DNA from: a cyanobacterium endosymbiont of Rhopalodia gibba
Lineage (GTDB): Bacteria; Cyanobacteriota; Cyanobacteriia; Cyanobacteriales; Microcystaceae
Direction of reading: 5' to 3'
NCBI GenBank assembly: GCA_045159875.1
Contig: CP067995.1
Coordinates: forward strand, 2,624,001-2,688,000
DNA length: 64,000 bases
This document shows positions 44,922 to 56,713 of the stretch, piece after piece. The notes beneath the pieces were generated by a model. That model worked only from the letters and a program-made list of their open reading frames with translations, had not been told where the DNA came from and searched no databases. Every line of letters starts with the position of its first letter. The first letter of the stretch is position 1. The translations under genes were made by a program, and so were the position numbers.

Positions 44922-45848
44922 TTACCTAGCCGGGACAAGTTTTTCTTGTTCGAGCCAGAACCACTCTATAGTTTTAGCTAATCCTAATTCTAATGGAGTT
45001 AACTTGAAATTGGGTAAAGATTCCTTAAGTTTGTCAACAACTAAACACTTAGACCTAGCTCCTACATAGCGAGAGGTATCAAATTCAATTTGATTGAAGT
45101 CGTAGTCAACTTCTCCACAGATTAGCTTGGCAAAGTGTCGGATAGTGTACTCTTCCCCTGCTCCAATGTTAATTAAGTCATTATCAGTGATAGCAGCTAG
45201 TTGAGTGGCAATTTTAGCAAAATCTTTAACAAAGACCAACTCCCGTAATTGGGTTCCATCCCCCCATAAGACTACAGGTTCGCCATAAAGTTTCCCCCGA
45301 ATTATCTTACGGATTAGATCGAAAACAAAGTGCATCTGTCGCCCATCAGTGTGATATCCTGGACCATAAAGGGTGGAAGGAACTAAACAGAGGTATTTTA
45401 GACCATATTGTTTATTTAAAGCTAATAACCCTGCGTAGAGCATTCGTTTAGTCATGGCATAGGTAAACAAACTGCTGATAGGTATCCCTGTGAGGTAATT
45501 TTCCTCGAATAAGGGTAAATTAGGGTCATAAGCACAACTTGTTCCCATACAGATGAATTTAGCCTGGGGTTGGTATTTCTGCCACCATATGAGAATGTGA
45601 GTATTTATCTGTTGGTTGATAATCCATTGTTCCCCTGGATGGTAGAGACAAAAATCCCCTGCTTGGGTCCAGGCAGCTAAATGGTAAATTTGATCATAGT
45701 TGTGATCGTTAAAATTGAGTAACGAGTCAGGTTGAGTGAGATCGCAGTTTTTAGAGTCGAGACGGACTATTTCGTGTCCTTGTGCTTGAAGTTGAGAACA
45801 AAGATTGGTTCCGAGAAACCCCATTGCACCAGTAATTAGGATTTTCAT
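44922..45848 (-). CDS. NAD-dependent epimerase/reductase (GDP-fucose synthase-like)
   Basis: GAMGFLG, GTSCAY, YAMTK, LYGPG, WGDGTQLRE. Confidence 0.88.
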   Translation of the reverse strand: MKILITGAMGFLGTNLCSQLQAQGHEIVRLDSKNCDLTQPDSLLNFNDHNYDQIYHLAAWTQAGDFCLYHPGEQWIINQQINTHILIWWQKYQPQAKFICMGTSCAYDPNLPLFEENYLTGIPISSLFTYAMTKRMLYAGLLALNKQYGLKYLCLVPSTLYGPGYHTDGRQMHFVFDLIRKIIRGKLYGEPVVLWGDGTQLRELVFVKDFAKIATQLAAITDNDLINIGAGEEYTIRHFAKLICGEVDYDFNQIEFDTSRYVGARSKCLVVDKLKESLPNFKLTPLELGLAKTIEWFWLEQEKLVPAR

Positions 45849-48326
45849 TATTGAGGACTCGTTTTGTCAGCATTCGTTGATAACCCTTGCGGGAGAGCAG
45901 CGTAGAGATACTATAGCGATGACATAGAGTTTTGTAAAGAGTACCAAAAGTTGAGAGGCACAGAGTCTTTAATTTTTACTGAACGCCAAAACTTCAGAAC
46001 GGAAAAATGACGAATAATGGAATCATTGGCGAGTACGATTTTACAAAAAACACATTTGTCTTTTTTGCCAAATAAAGGTCTTCATTAAGCTTGAAAATAC
46101 TTTGGTTAGACTAAAGTAAATGATGTAAAAGCACCAAGCTAAAAAACTTCGGAGTTAAAAACTGAAAAAATGTCTAAGTCGATACAATCTTCTTTTCATT
46201 AACTTCAATGTTATTGATATTTTTGATTATTTGTTGTTTTTTTTAAAATCAAAATATATAATAATTTCTAGCCTTCAATACTTAGTTACATTGTTTCAGA
46301 ATGTTTTGAGTATAACCAATGAGTTTTTTACTGTTAATTAGCTAGTTTTTATAGTTCTAATATATAGCCTGAGTAATTATTATTTTTTATCTTTTAATTG
46401 GTGTTTTTTGGAAAACATTATAATATTTTATCCATCTAATTTAATTTTATTTTTAACTATTTTATTAATTTTTTTACTTTTAATTTATATCATAATTTTC
46501 CTGTAATTTTAAAAAAAATTATACTAATTTAACTATTTATATAGATGTTTTTTTATGATTTATGTGCTTACTTTTATATCTAAATATACTTTGGTTCAAC
46601 CAATCTTAAATGAAGCTTACTTATATGTTAATTGAAAAAAATATAATTTATTATTAAATTTATTTTTTATAAATTTTATTCATTAAATAAATTTAAATAC
46701 TTTACTCCATATAGATAAATCTAGCAATATATTTAGCTTTGTATAACTTAGTTTAAACATAAAGCATGCTAAATACTAGCTATACAATAATTATAGTTTT
46801 TTATCAATTGATTATTGACAATTAAACTCTGCATTATTATTTTTTATTTATTAATAGGTTTAGTAGAATTAATTTTTTATTACTTTAGTAAATAAAGTTT
46901 AATTGTGATAACAATTAAATTATCAGTATTTTCATGGATAAAAATTATTTAAAATAAGTACTATTAAAGTTGATGTATATCTTATTTTTTTATTTGATTA
47001 CAACAAAAATAAGATTTTATATGTAAACAGAAAATGAAAAGTTTAAAAAAATTTATATTTAGTAGGTATATCATAGAGTACATTTTTTTTAAAAAAGAAG
47101 ATTTTAAATATATTTAAGAGATCTAATGGAAATCTAAAAAAACTTATAAGACATAGTAATTAGCCAAGATTTAAAGAAGAGAGAAGAGTAAAATTAATTC
47201 TCAGAAAAATCCGTAAGGTTTCTTGAAAAAAGCTGGATATAAAAATTAAAAAAAGTAGAAAAATTTTAAAGATGGAACTAGATACAGCTGCAACTGACAA
47301 GTACGACAATGATCAAAAAATAAATACGGTAATCATTAATTAATGATAACTTAGTATATACAAATAATTAATTCAAAGCCAAACTGCAATAATAGTCTAA
47401 AAAATAGATAGATATTCTGCCAACTTATAGTTTTTAACTAAATTCAATAGAAGATAAATAGCGTTAAATAAAAACTTATAAAGTGTCCAAAAAATATTCA
47501 CTAATTTCCAATACAAAAATAAACAATTATTTATTTTTTTTAAATTTATTTAAATGAAGGATAATATCAAATTGTTCAAGATTTAAAAACTTATTTTACA
47601 GAGAAGAAGCTGGGTTTAGTTTTTTAAAATTTTTTGAAAAATATAAAGTATAAAATTCATTAATTTCTCAACAAATAGACTTAAATTAAGACTGTAGATT
47701 TGGAAAACACGATAGCTATCCTAAGTGACTATATATTGCTAAATACTCGACTATCCTAGAGAAAACTCACACTTATCCTTGATTTTATGAATTATAAACA
47801 GTATTTAAGACAGGTCTCGTCTTTGTCAGGAGTAACAGTAGTATAATGCACAGTACTATGTTAATGGAGGAGTAATTCCTTAATATAATAGAGGTAAGTC
47901 GTTAGAAAATTAAGGTTATAGCCAGTACAATATCAGTCAGCCTCCTGACAGATTTCTGTGCGTAAGACTTGAGCTCGTTTTATTGTCTATTCGTAGTAAT
48001 TTATTCTGTCAATATCTGTTTTTATTCCTTTACTTATTGATTAAACTCTTAAGTATTTTTTTCTGCATTTAAACGGCTTGTTACTGAAATCGATAAGAGA
48101 GCTACAATACTATTACCCTTTACCTTACTAAAATCAATTTTAAATATGTTTGCTCGAAGCTCAAATAAGTCTATCTTTTCTCACTCTAGTTTATTTTAAC
48201 GAATGCCCGCTATTGTAGCTTAAAAAAAATCAGAGTTGTACTTCAGCCTGACAGAAAAAGATAAAATCAAACAAGAATAATGTTTCTCTTGCCTTAATTT
48301 ACAAAAAAGGTTCATAAAAAGGTAAC

Positions 48327-49364
48327 ATGATGTATTCACTTCCTGCTGAATGGTATGAACAGGATGGGGTAGTGTTAACTTGGCCTCATCAGGATACGGA
48401 CATGGCTCCTTTCCTCAAACAAGTGTATCCGATTTATCTTAAAATCAGTAAAGCAATTACCCAACGTCAAAAGTTGGTTTTAATTGTTCATGATTCTATA
48501 CTTAAATCTGAAGTTAAAAATAAGTTAATCTCCCACAAAATTGACTTAAAAAAGGTAATATTTGTTATTGCTCCAACTAATGATATTTGGATAAGAGATT
48601 ATGGAATTATTACTTTAATAAACTCACAAAAAAAGCTCAAAATAAATAATTTTATTTTTAATGGTTGGGGGAATAAGTATAAAAATTATCTTGACAATAG
48701 AATTAATATTCATCTCATCAATCAAATAATCAATCCTGAAGTAAAAACTGAATCCATCCCATTTGTTCTCGAAGGAGGAGCAATTGATTCAGACGGAAAA
48801 GGAACACTTTTAACTACTAAATCTTGTCTACTGAATCCTAATCGTAATCCTCAATTTACTAGAAAAAAAATAGAAGAAATATTGCTCGAAAAATTAGGAA
48901 TTAAAAAAATTATTTATCTAGAGCATGGATATTTAGAAGGAGATGATACAGATGGTCATGTTGATACTTTAGTTCGTTTTGCCCCTAATAATACCATCGT
49001 TTATGTTACTTGTTCTGATAAAAAAGATAGTCATTATAAAGATTTTCAAGGACTTGAAACTGAATTAAAAGATTTAAAAACAGAAGAAGTAAAAAGTTAC
49101 AATTTAATTTCTCTTCCTTGGCCTGAACCTAAATACAATGCTCAAGGGAATAGACTTCCTGCTACCTATGCAAATTATTTAATTATGAATGGTGCAGTGT
49201 TGGTTCCTATTTATCGAGATAAATCAGATAAGACAGCATTAATACAAGTTCAAAAAGCCTATCCTAATTATCAAATAATTGGGATAGATTGTTTGCCTTT
49301 AATTTACCAATTTGGCTCATTACATTGTATTAGTATGCAACTTCCAAAAGGATTGCTTAAATAA
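48327..49364 (+). CDS. aguA: Agmatine deiminase family protein
   Basis: PAEW, WPH, DIWIRDYG, FNGWG, LEGGAIDSDG, DDTDGHVD, ATYANY, GSLHCISMQ. Confidence 0.92.
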   Translation: MMYSLPAEWYEQDGVVLTWPHQDTDMAPFLKQVYPIYLKISKAITQRQKLVLIVHDSILKSEVKNKLISHKIDLKKVIFVIAPTNDIWIRDYGIITLINSQKKLKINNFIFNGWGNKYKNYLDNRINIHLINQIINPEVKTESIPFVLEGGAIDSDGKGTLLTTKSCLLNPNRNPQFTRKKIEEILLEKLGIKKIIYLEHGYLEGDDTDGHVDTLVRFAPNNTIVYVTCSDKKDSHYKDFQGLETELKDLKTEEVKSYNLISLPWPEPKYNAQGNRLPATYANYLIMNGAVLVPIYRDKSDKTALIQVQKAYPNYQIIGIDCLPLIYQFGSLHCISMQLPKGLLK

Positions 49365-49529
49365 TTGAGCAATATATATTAATTAGTTATAGTGTTAGCT
49401 TTTCTAGCCTATATATTATGAAATGACACTTAAAAGAATAATTCTAAAATCTAGTTTAGAAAAGAGAATGAAGTTTTGTAAGCTATTAACTACTAATCTG
49501 CCAGAATTAGTCTAAAAAAACTAATTTTA

Positions 49530-49995
49530 TCGATTAAATTTACTGACTTCTAATTTATTTCTGTTGATTACATATAATTCAGTTTAACTTTTATTAAGAG
49601 AACTATTCGAGGAGCTTTTTATGAAAAAATTATTTGTAGACAAAGAAGCAGGTTAATGATAGTTTATTTTCCCTCAAGTTGACTAAAAGGCTTTCAATTT
49701 ACCGCAGTGAATTATAATCAAATGTAGTTTGAATCCCTAATGCTATCCCATAGAATTTTAGTTCCATCCAATCTAAGCCTTCAAACATTTGGTATGTTCA
49801 CCGTGAAAACGATAATAGATTTCTATAAGAGTAGAATCATTAAACTAATTCTTATCACTTCTCCTTTGTAGTTTTATAAAAAATAGTACGTTAATATAAT
49901 CGTCCAGGGCATAGCACCAGAGCTCAATAAGTGCTACTGTTAACATAGAGCTGCTGCTTCCCTTTCTCTTCATAACTTCTCGTCGAACTCACGTT
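49530..49995 (-). mobile_element. Degraded IS982-like element
   Basis: End aacgtgagttcgacga; minus-strand fragments resembling transposase N-terminus (LIELWC..DD) and R.IE.LFSQL. Confidence 0.45.
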
Positions 49996-50087
49996 ACAAA
50001 AGGGCAAAACTAAAACCTTAAATGTAGAGTAGATGATGTTCACTCAGAGGTTAAGATTGTTATTAGAAAATTTTTGTTTAGTCAATT

Positions 50088-50975
50088 ATGATTGATTCCT
50101 TAAAAGTTGGATTAGTCCAGCACAGTAACACAGAAGATTTAGATAGTAACCTCGAAAAAAGTAGTCAGGGAATTCTGCGAGCAGCTGCAAAAAATGCTAA
50201 ATTAATTATCTTGCAAGAACTCCACAGAAGCCTTTATTTCTGTCAGACAGAAGATTTTTCTTCGTTTAATTTGGCAGAAACTATCCCAGGTCATTCTACT
50301 CAAATATTAGGGCAACTAGCACAAGAATTAGGGGTAGTAATAGTCGCTTCTTTGTTTGAAAAACGAGCAACCGGTTTATATCATAATACAGCAGTTGTTT
50401 TAGACAAAGATGGTAAAATTGCAGGAAAATACCGGAAAATGCATATTCCTAATGACCCTGGTTTTTGTGAAAAATTCTATTTCACCCCTGGAGACTTAGG
50501 GTTTGAACCGATTAACACTTCTGTAGGACTCTTGGGCGTAATGGTTTGCTGGGATCAATGGTTTCCCGAGGCAGCACGGTTAATGGCCATGAAAGGAGCA
50601 CAAATACTAATCTATCCAACGGCGATAGGTTGGGACTCTAGAGATAGCCAAAATGAGCAAATTAAGCAAAAAGAAGCTTGGCTCATTGCGCAACGCGCCC
50701 ATGCTATCTCTAATGGTATTCCTGTGATCAGTTGTAACCGTGTGGGGTATGAAGCTAATACTAGTGGTAAAACTGAAGGAATTCTTTTTTGGGGTAATTC
50801 GTTTATTGCAGGTTCTCAAGGCGAGATTTTAGCACACGCAAGTGAAGATCAAGAAGAGGTAGTGACGGCTACAATTGATTTACAACATTCGGAAACTGTA
50901 CGCTGCATTTGGCCATATTTACGTGATCGCCGCATCGACCATTATCAGGATTTACTTAAAATTTATAGAGATTAA
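50088..50975 (+). CDS. aguB: N-carbamoylputrescine amidase (carbon-nitrogen hydrolase)
   Basis: LQELH..YFCQ, YRKMHIP, EKFYFTPGD, VCWDQWFPE, YPTAIGW, RDRR. Confidence 0.9.
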   Translation: MIDSLKVGLVQHSNTEDLDSNLEKSSQGILRAAAKNAKLIILQELHRSLYFCQTEDFSSFNLAETIPGHSTQILGQLAQELGVVIVASLFEKRATGLYHNTAVVLDKDGKIAGKYRKMHIPNDPGFCEKFYFTPGDLGFEPINTSVGLLGVMVCWDQWFPEAARLMAMKGAQILIYPTAIGWDSRDSQNEQIKQKEAWLIAQRAHAISNGIPVISCNRVGYEANTSGKTEGILFWGNSFIAGSQGEILAHASEDQEEVVTATIDLQHSETVRCIWPYLRDRRIDHYQDLLKIYRD

Positions 50976-53752
50976 TCATTGTTATTTTAGGTATAAACCT
51001 TTTATGTTCTTCCTGTTTATGTGTCTGGAGCGTAAAATCTAAAACTTTTATTTTTACCCTATTTTATTAAATTAGTCCCTCGAAAAAAAACACCAAAAAA
51101 GTAAGAAAGTAAGAGAATTTAGAAAGGTTATTAGTTTAAGACCAAGTTTTTAAGTATAAGTCATTGTACAACTACGTACAACTACTCATGTAATGTCCGT
51201 AGTTATCAAAGTTATTTGATTGTCTTTTGCATGAAAAAAATATAAAAGTTTTCACTAATCCGGAAGTTATTGACATTACTGTTGTAGCGAGAAAAATATA
51301 GTTACAAAGGATAGTAGTGGTTTTGTTTTAAGGGTAGTGATAAACATTTCGGTTACCCTTCTTTTTATCTTCATACTTTTACCATAAAAGGTATTTTGAA
51401 ATGGTGTCACACTAAATATAATTTCCATACTTTACCGAAAATTCATAAAAAATTTAACTTATTATTATTGGTTAAATTTTTAATTTTTTCTTTTATTTAG
51501 TTTTTAAAATTTATTAAATTAAAACTTATATACTAACATCTCTCATCCTTCTACTAACTATAATTTTGGAGAATAAACTAGTAAAGATTATTTAAAAAAT
51601 TCTTAAATAATCTTTTCTTTTTTACTCTGGTGCCATCCTGCATTATCTTCTATTAACAAGATTTTTTATAGATAGCTTTATATTTTTAGTTTAATATTCA
51701 TTAACTAAATTAAGTTATGTTGTATCTACTATAATTTGATTTCATCAAGGGTTTCCTATTAAGAGTTTTACAAATTTATAAATATATGACTATTCATAGC
51801 CTTAACTTATTAAGGTAGTCACTCTTTTATAGAACTTGAAATATTTTTTATAATAGATTTATTAAAAACTACATATTTGTTTTAATTCCTAGATATATTT
51901 CTTTTAATTTTTTAAATTTTAAAAGTAAATTTTAAATAAATATTTTTTATTAAATAGACTTTGTTTTTCTATGCTTTAGTATTAAAATCTAACAAAAATA
52001 TCTAATTTTTTTTAGATAGCTTTATTTTTATCGATGAATTATTACTCATCAAATTAGATATTTTTCACTTTTTAATTCATTAATATCTTTATTTTTTATT
52101 TTTAAAATAATCTTAATTTAATAAAAAAATAATTTTATTTTAAATAATATTAAAAATATTATTTAAAATAAATAAGCCTTTGTAATATTTATTTTTAATT
52201 ACTTTTTTTTCTTTTTTAAAACCATAAATACCTAGTTTAATAAGATTTAATAGGTATTGTTTATATCTAGATAATTTTTTTAAAAACTGATAACAGTTTC
52301 ATAAACCCCCTCGCAAAAGTTAAACAGTAATTTTATTAAAAGTCTTAATTATAAACTTTTTTCAACTTTTATCTTACTAATATAAAAAGTATATAGTTTT
52401 TTTAAAATGCGTTCCTGTTACTGAATTTAAAAATTAAGTGTAAGGTGTTCCCTTAATCTAGTTACACTTAATCCTGGTAGCTGTGCCTTACAACTACCTA
52501 TGACATTAATTATATTAAGTCGTTTATCCAAGAATGGTTATCAGCGTATTAGTAAACAAAATCTTCATTTAATAACTTTAAAAAACTCAGTGATTAACTC
52601 TTTTGAAGAGTTCAAGAACAAGTGCTTAGTATTAGTTAAACCAGAAAATAAAGTACATATAACATATAGCCGTATTTTTGGGGCTAATAACTTTAATATA
52701 ACTCAAATAAACTTAATGACGATAGGATCGATTAACTACACAATGATGTGATTTATACTTTTGTATTTGTGGGTCCCTTAAGAACAAACAAATAAGTAAG
52801 ATGAATTGTAAAAAAAACTAAGATTCTGTAACTTATACCGGTTGAATCTTGTTTGACTAAAGCTCTTACTATCTAATATCCTAAATCCTATTACATAACC
52901 ATCATTCCCCAGAAAAGCTATGAACTCTTCCCTGAACTTCTCCAACAATACTTATCCACTATTTCTACGCCAGACATATTAATTACTCATTTTGATGTAA
53001 GTTCTGTTAAAGTTTTCTTATTCACTTGGGCATTAATCTCTAATATTTGTCAATCATTAGCTTTTTATTCACAATTTATTTAATCAAAAAAAAATATTTT
53101 AGTTGATCGAGAATTGATTTACATTCATCCCCCTGTACAGTCTGTATTTAGTCAAGGAAATCTCCACAATCTTTGATTATGTTATCTTCAGGATAGTAAG
53201 CTTCTACAAGTAGACTTTATTATGTTGTTAGTAACAAATACTACTTAGTTTTCTCTGCGGTAGTAGCGACAATAATTTTTTATAAAAAATGATTAAGCAA
53301 CTTGTTGATTAAAGAAATCGTTAGAAATAAAACTACAACAAGCCTCACACAAAAGAGAAATATTAAGTTAATAATATTAATTAATATCTATTGACATCAA
53401 CAGATATTATAGTTACTATGGGAGCCAAAAAAAATAATTTAAATTATCGCTAACAAATACTTAGATAAAACACAAACACTGTAGTTTTTTTTATTGAATT
53501 CTAATTTTTTTAGAAAAAAGTTAAAAAATATAGGAAAAGTTTGCAAAATATTCTCAAGATTTTTTGTTAAACTAAACAAAATTTTTTATAAATAATTCCG
53601 TAAAAATAAATTAATATATGCGATTATTGAGAGTAAACTCAACTAGCCGTAAGTTAGGCAACTCTATTTATCTCATTCTCGCAGAAGTCATCATTGCTCT
53701 AATTGAACCAGATTTTTCTTTAAATTCTCATAGTATCATCAAATAAATTGAT

Positions 53753-53781
53753 AATTATCAATTATCAATTATCAATTATCA
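53753..53781. repeat. Heptamer tandem repeat (STRR-like)
   Basis: (aattatc)x4 immediately upstream of the ldcA start. Confidence 0.75.
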
Positions 53782-53784
53782 GTC

Positions 53785-54678
53785 ATGAAACTACCTTCTC
53801 TCTTAAAATCAGGAGACTTAGTGCAAGTTATTGCTCCTAGTGGTCGGCTAAAAGAATTTTCTGCATTTGAAAAAGGACTGGAAATCTGGCGATCACGAGG
53901 CTATCAAATTCAATTGGCAAGTCACTGGAACGCCAGCGAAGGATACTTAGCTGGAACCGATACCCAACGACGACAAGCATTATTAGAAGCTTGGGAAAAC
54001 CCCCACTGTAAAGCCATTGTCTGCGCTAGGGGAGGCTATGGAAGTGCCAGATTGCTAGAAGACTGGCAATGGAAATCTGTTTCGGCTTCATCACCAAAAT
54101 GGATGATTGGTTTTTCTGATATCACGGGATTATTGTGGAGTTTAGCAAAAGAAGAGATTGCTAGTCTTCATGCCCCCGTTTTAACCACATTGGGCTCGGA
54201 ACCTCATTGGTCAGTTCAACGGTTATTTAATTACCTCGAAGGAGGACTGTTACCTCCCCTCAAAGGTTTAGGATGGGAAGGTGGACAAGCCACAGGAACC
54301 CTACTTCCGGCAAATTTGTCCGTCGCTACTCACTTACTAGGAACTCCCTTGCAACCATCTCTAGATGGGGTCATATTAGCCCTAGAAGACGTGGGAGAAG
54401 CCCCATACCGTGTAGACCGTTTTGTGACTCAATGGCGGTTAATGGGAGCATTTAAAGGGGTTAAAGGTATTGCTCTAGGACGATTTAGTCAATGTGACTT
54501 ATCGCCATCGAGCTCAAGCTGGACAGTAGATCAAGTACTACGTGATCGCCTTGGAGATCTCAACATTCCCATTGTCTCTGACCTTCCTTTCGGCCATGAT
54601 GGGGAAAATGCCGCCTTACCTGTAGGAACTCAAGTCAGTTTAGATGGAGATCTTGGCCTTCTTAGTTTCATCAACTAA
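53785..54678 (+). CDS. ldcA: LD-carboxypeptidase (peptidase S66)
   Basis: IAPSG, ARGGYG, GFSDIT, LEDVGE, FGH. Confidence 0.93.
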   Translation: MKLPSLLKSGDLVQVIAPSGRLKEFSAFEKGLEIWRSRGYQIQLASHWNASEGYLAGTDTQRRQALLEAWENPHCKAIVCARGGYGSARLLEDWQWKSVSASSPKWMIGFSDITGLLWSLAKEEIASLHAPVLTTLGSEPHWSVQRLFNYLEGGLLPPLKGLGWEGGQATGTLLPANLSVATHLLGTPLQPSLDGVILALEDVGEAPYRVDRFVTQWRLMGAFKGVKGIALGRFSQCDLSPSSSSWTVDQVLRDRLGDLNIPIVSDLPFGHDGENAALPVGTQVSLDGDLGLLSFIN

Positions 54679-55374
54679 GATTGATCTCAAGTATGGTGTC
54701 GGGATAACAGATTAAATGCTAATGATTTCTTAAAGAAAAAACTCCTCTCTGTGTTTCCCGTGCCAATTATGAAGAAAATATCATTCGAATTGATGTAAGT
54801 TACAATCAAAATTTTAGTTGTTAATTAGCTTGACCATCAGGTAGCAATCAAATTTATGATTAATTTCCACTTCGTCTTCGTCTCAATTCGTGGACTTAAA
54901 ATCCACTATATTGAGATAGATAAACCTAGCAAGTTATCCATTTCGTCCTTACATAAAATTAGTTTTCATGCAAGCAATTTCAAGTAATTTGTCTTCGGCT
55001 GCCTAGCTAGGGCAGTATTATTCTGTGGTTATTTCCCCGTCTATAATATAAAAGTCATAGTCTCCCAATAGTTCTTTACTATGAAAAAAATTAGAAAAAT
55101 TTGTGGCTGTTACTCCTGTTGTAATTTCTAAGTTTAAAGGACAATTAACTGGAGTTAAATTACCAATGTTGACAATTTTGGGAAGTGATGATCGAATTAT
55201 TCCCGTTAGTCAAGCATAAGAGTTGTTCAAATCCATGCCCGACGCCGGCTAAGTACTTTCAAAAAATGCCAAAAATGCTTGTTACATCAGGACGACAGAA
55301 ATACTTGGGGCTCATTTTTGAGAATTTGTTAAATCTCTCAAATTTTCTTAAAACTTATTCAGTGCAGATTGCAT

Positions 55375-56376
55375 TTATAGCGTGTTAACTTCTAATTTCG
55401 TGACTTCTTTATTATTAATAGTCAAACCATAACAATCTCGCACAAGATAGAGAGGACGTTCTTTAACTTCTTCATAAACTCGACCTAAATATTCTCCAAT
55501 TACCCCTAGGCTAATTAGTTGTATTCCGCCTAAAAACAAAACAGTCACCATTAAAGATGGATAGCCAGGGACATCAACTCCTGAAACCAATGTCCAGACA
55601 ATTAAAAATAATCCATAGAAAAAAGCGAACAAAGATAACAATACTCCCACATAACTCCAAACCTTCAAAGGAACCATACTAAAAGATGTGATTCCATCAA
55701 TAGCGAAATTCCATAGTTTCCAGTAATTCCATTTAGTTTGTCCTTGGTAACGAGGGGGACGATCATAGAAAATCGCTGTTTCTTTATATCCTACCCAAGC
55801 AAATAACCCTTTCATAAAACGGGTTCGTTCAGGAATTTTTTTAACAGCCATGACCACTCGCTGATCTAAGAGTCGAAAATCTCCAGTATTTCTAGGAATA
55901 GGAACGCGACTCATTTTGCTAATCACTCGGTAAAACATATCGGCTGTAAAGCGTTTAAGCCAACTCTCTCCTTGACGTGATCGCCGTTTAGCATAAACTA
56001 CATCATACCCTTCGCGCCACTTGGCAATCAGTTCTCCAATTAATTCTGGGGGATCTTGTAAATCTCCATCGATGGGGATAACAGCTTTTCCTCGAGCATA
56101 ATCGAGACCGGCGGTTAAAGCGATTTCTTTTCCAAAATTACGGGATAATTCAATCACTTTAATTTCGGGATAACGTTGATGATAATCAATTAAATTTGTA
56201 AGGGTATTATCTCGACTTCCATCATCAATACAAATAATTTCATAGGTCAGATTTAATCGGTCTAAAACTGATAACAGGCGCTTAAAAAGCTGATCAATAT
56301 TCGGTGCTTCGTTGTACAAAGGAACAACGACCGATATTTCCATTGAATCCATCATGGGGTTTGTAGGATGACTCAT
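55375..56376 (-). CDS. GT2 bactoprenol glucosyltransferase (GtrB-like)
   Basis: VVPLYNE, DDGS, SRNFGKE, IDGDLQDPPE, TGDFRL, two C-terminal TMs, IGEYLGR. Confidence 0.92.
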   Translation of the reverse strand: MSHPTNPMMDSMEISVVVPLYNEAPNIDQLFKRLLSVLDRLNLTYEIICIDDGSRDNTLTNLIDYHQRYPEIKVIELSRNFGKEIALTAGLDYARGKAVIPIDGDLQDPPELIGELIAKWREGYDVVYAKRRSRQGESWLKRFTADMFYRVISKMSRVPIPRNTGDFRLLDQRVVMAVKKIPERTRFMKGLFAWVGYKETAIFYDRPPRYQGQTKWNYWKLWNFAIDGITSFSMVPLKVWSYVGVLLSLFAFFYGLFLIVWTLVSGVDVPGYPSLMVTVLFLGGIQLISLGVIGEYLGRVYEEVKERPLYLVRDCYGLTINNKEVTKLEVNTL

Positions 56377-56394
56377 TGTTAGAGAGTATAGCTG

Positions 56395-56434
56395 TTTGTA
56401 GATATATTTAAAGTTTTGTAGATATATTTAAAGT
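56395..56434. repeat. 20-bp perfect tandem duplication
   Basis: tttgtagatatatttaaagt x2. Confidence 0.9.
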
Positions 56435-56517
56435 AATCACTCAATCAAAATATTCGCTTTTCTAGGATAGCTTTGATAAAACCACAATAAATAAAAGCTA
56501 AAAGTCTTACTTTATGA

Positions 56518-56579
56518 GTATTCTAAAATTCCAAAAACTTTATATTTATAGAAATAAAGTTTTTGGAATTTTAGAATAC
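56518..56579. repeat. 26-bp perfect inverted repeat with 10-nt loop
   Basis: gtattctaaaattccaaaaactttat / ataaagtttttggaattttagaatac. Confidence 0.9.
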
Positions 56580-56713
56580 AGTCAAAATAAAAGTTTTAGG
56601 AGTTATTAGCTGTTAATTTAACATACTCAGTCTAAAAAAAATAATTAGTATAAAAGCTATGGTAAAGATCTGATGTCATTGACCTCTACTAGTGAAAATA
56701 AATTCTACGGCAA

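Noticed and set aside
47800..48260. GC-richer patch upstream of aguA, possible mobile element or ncRNA
   Set aside because: Could not identify termini, a reading frame or a consistent structure.
54700..55374. Possible decayed membrane partner gene downstream of the GT2 gene
   Set aside because: An ATG abuts the GT2 stop, but the fragments are too eroded to support a call.
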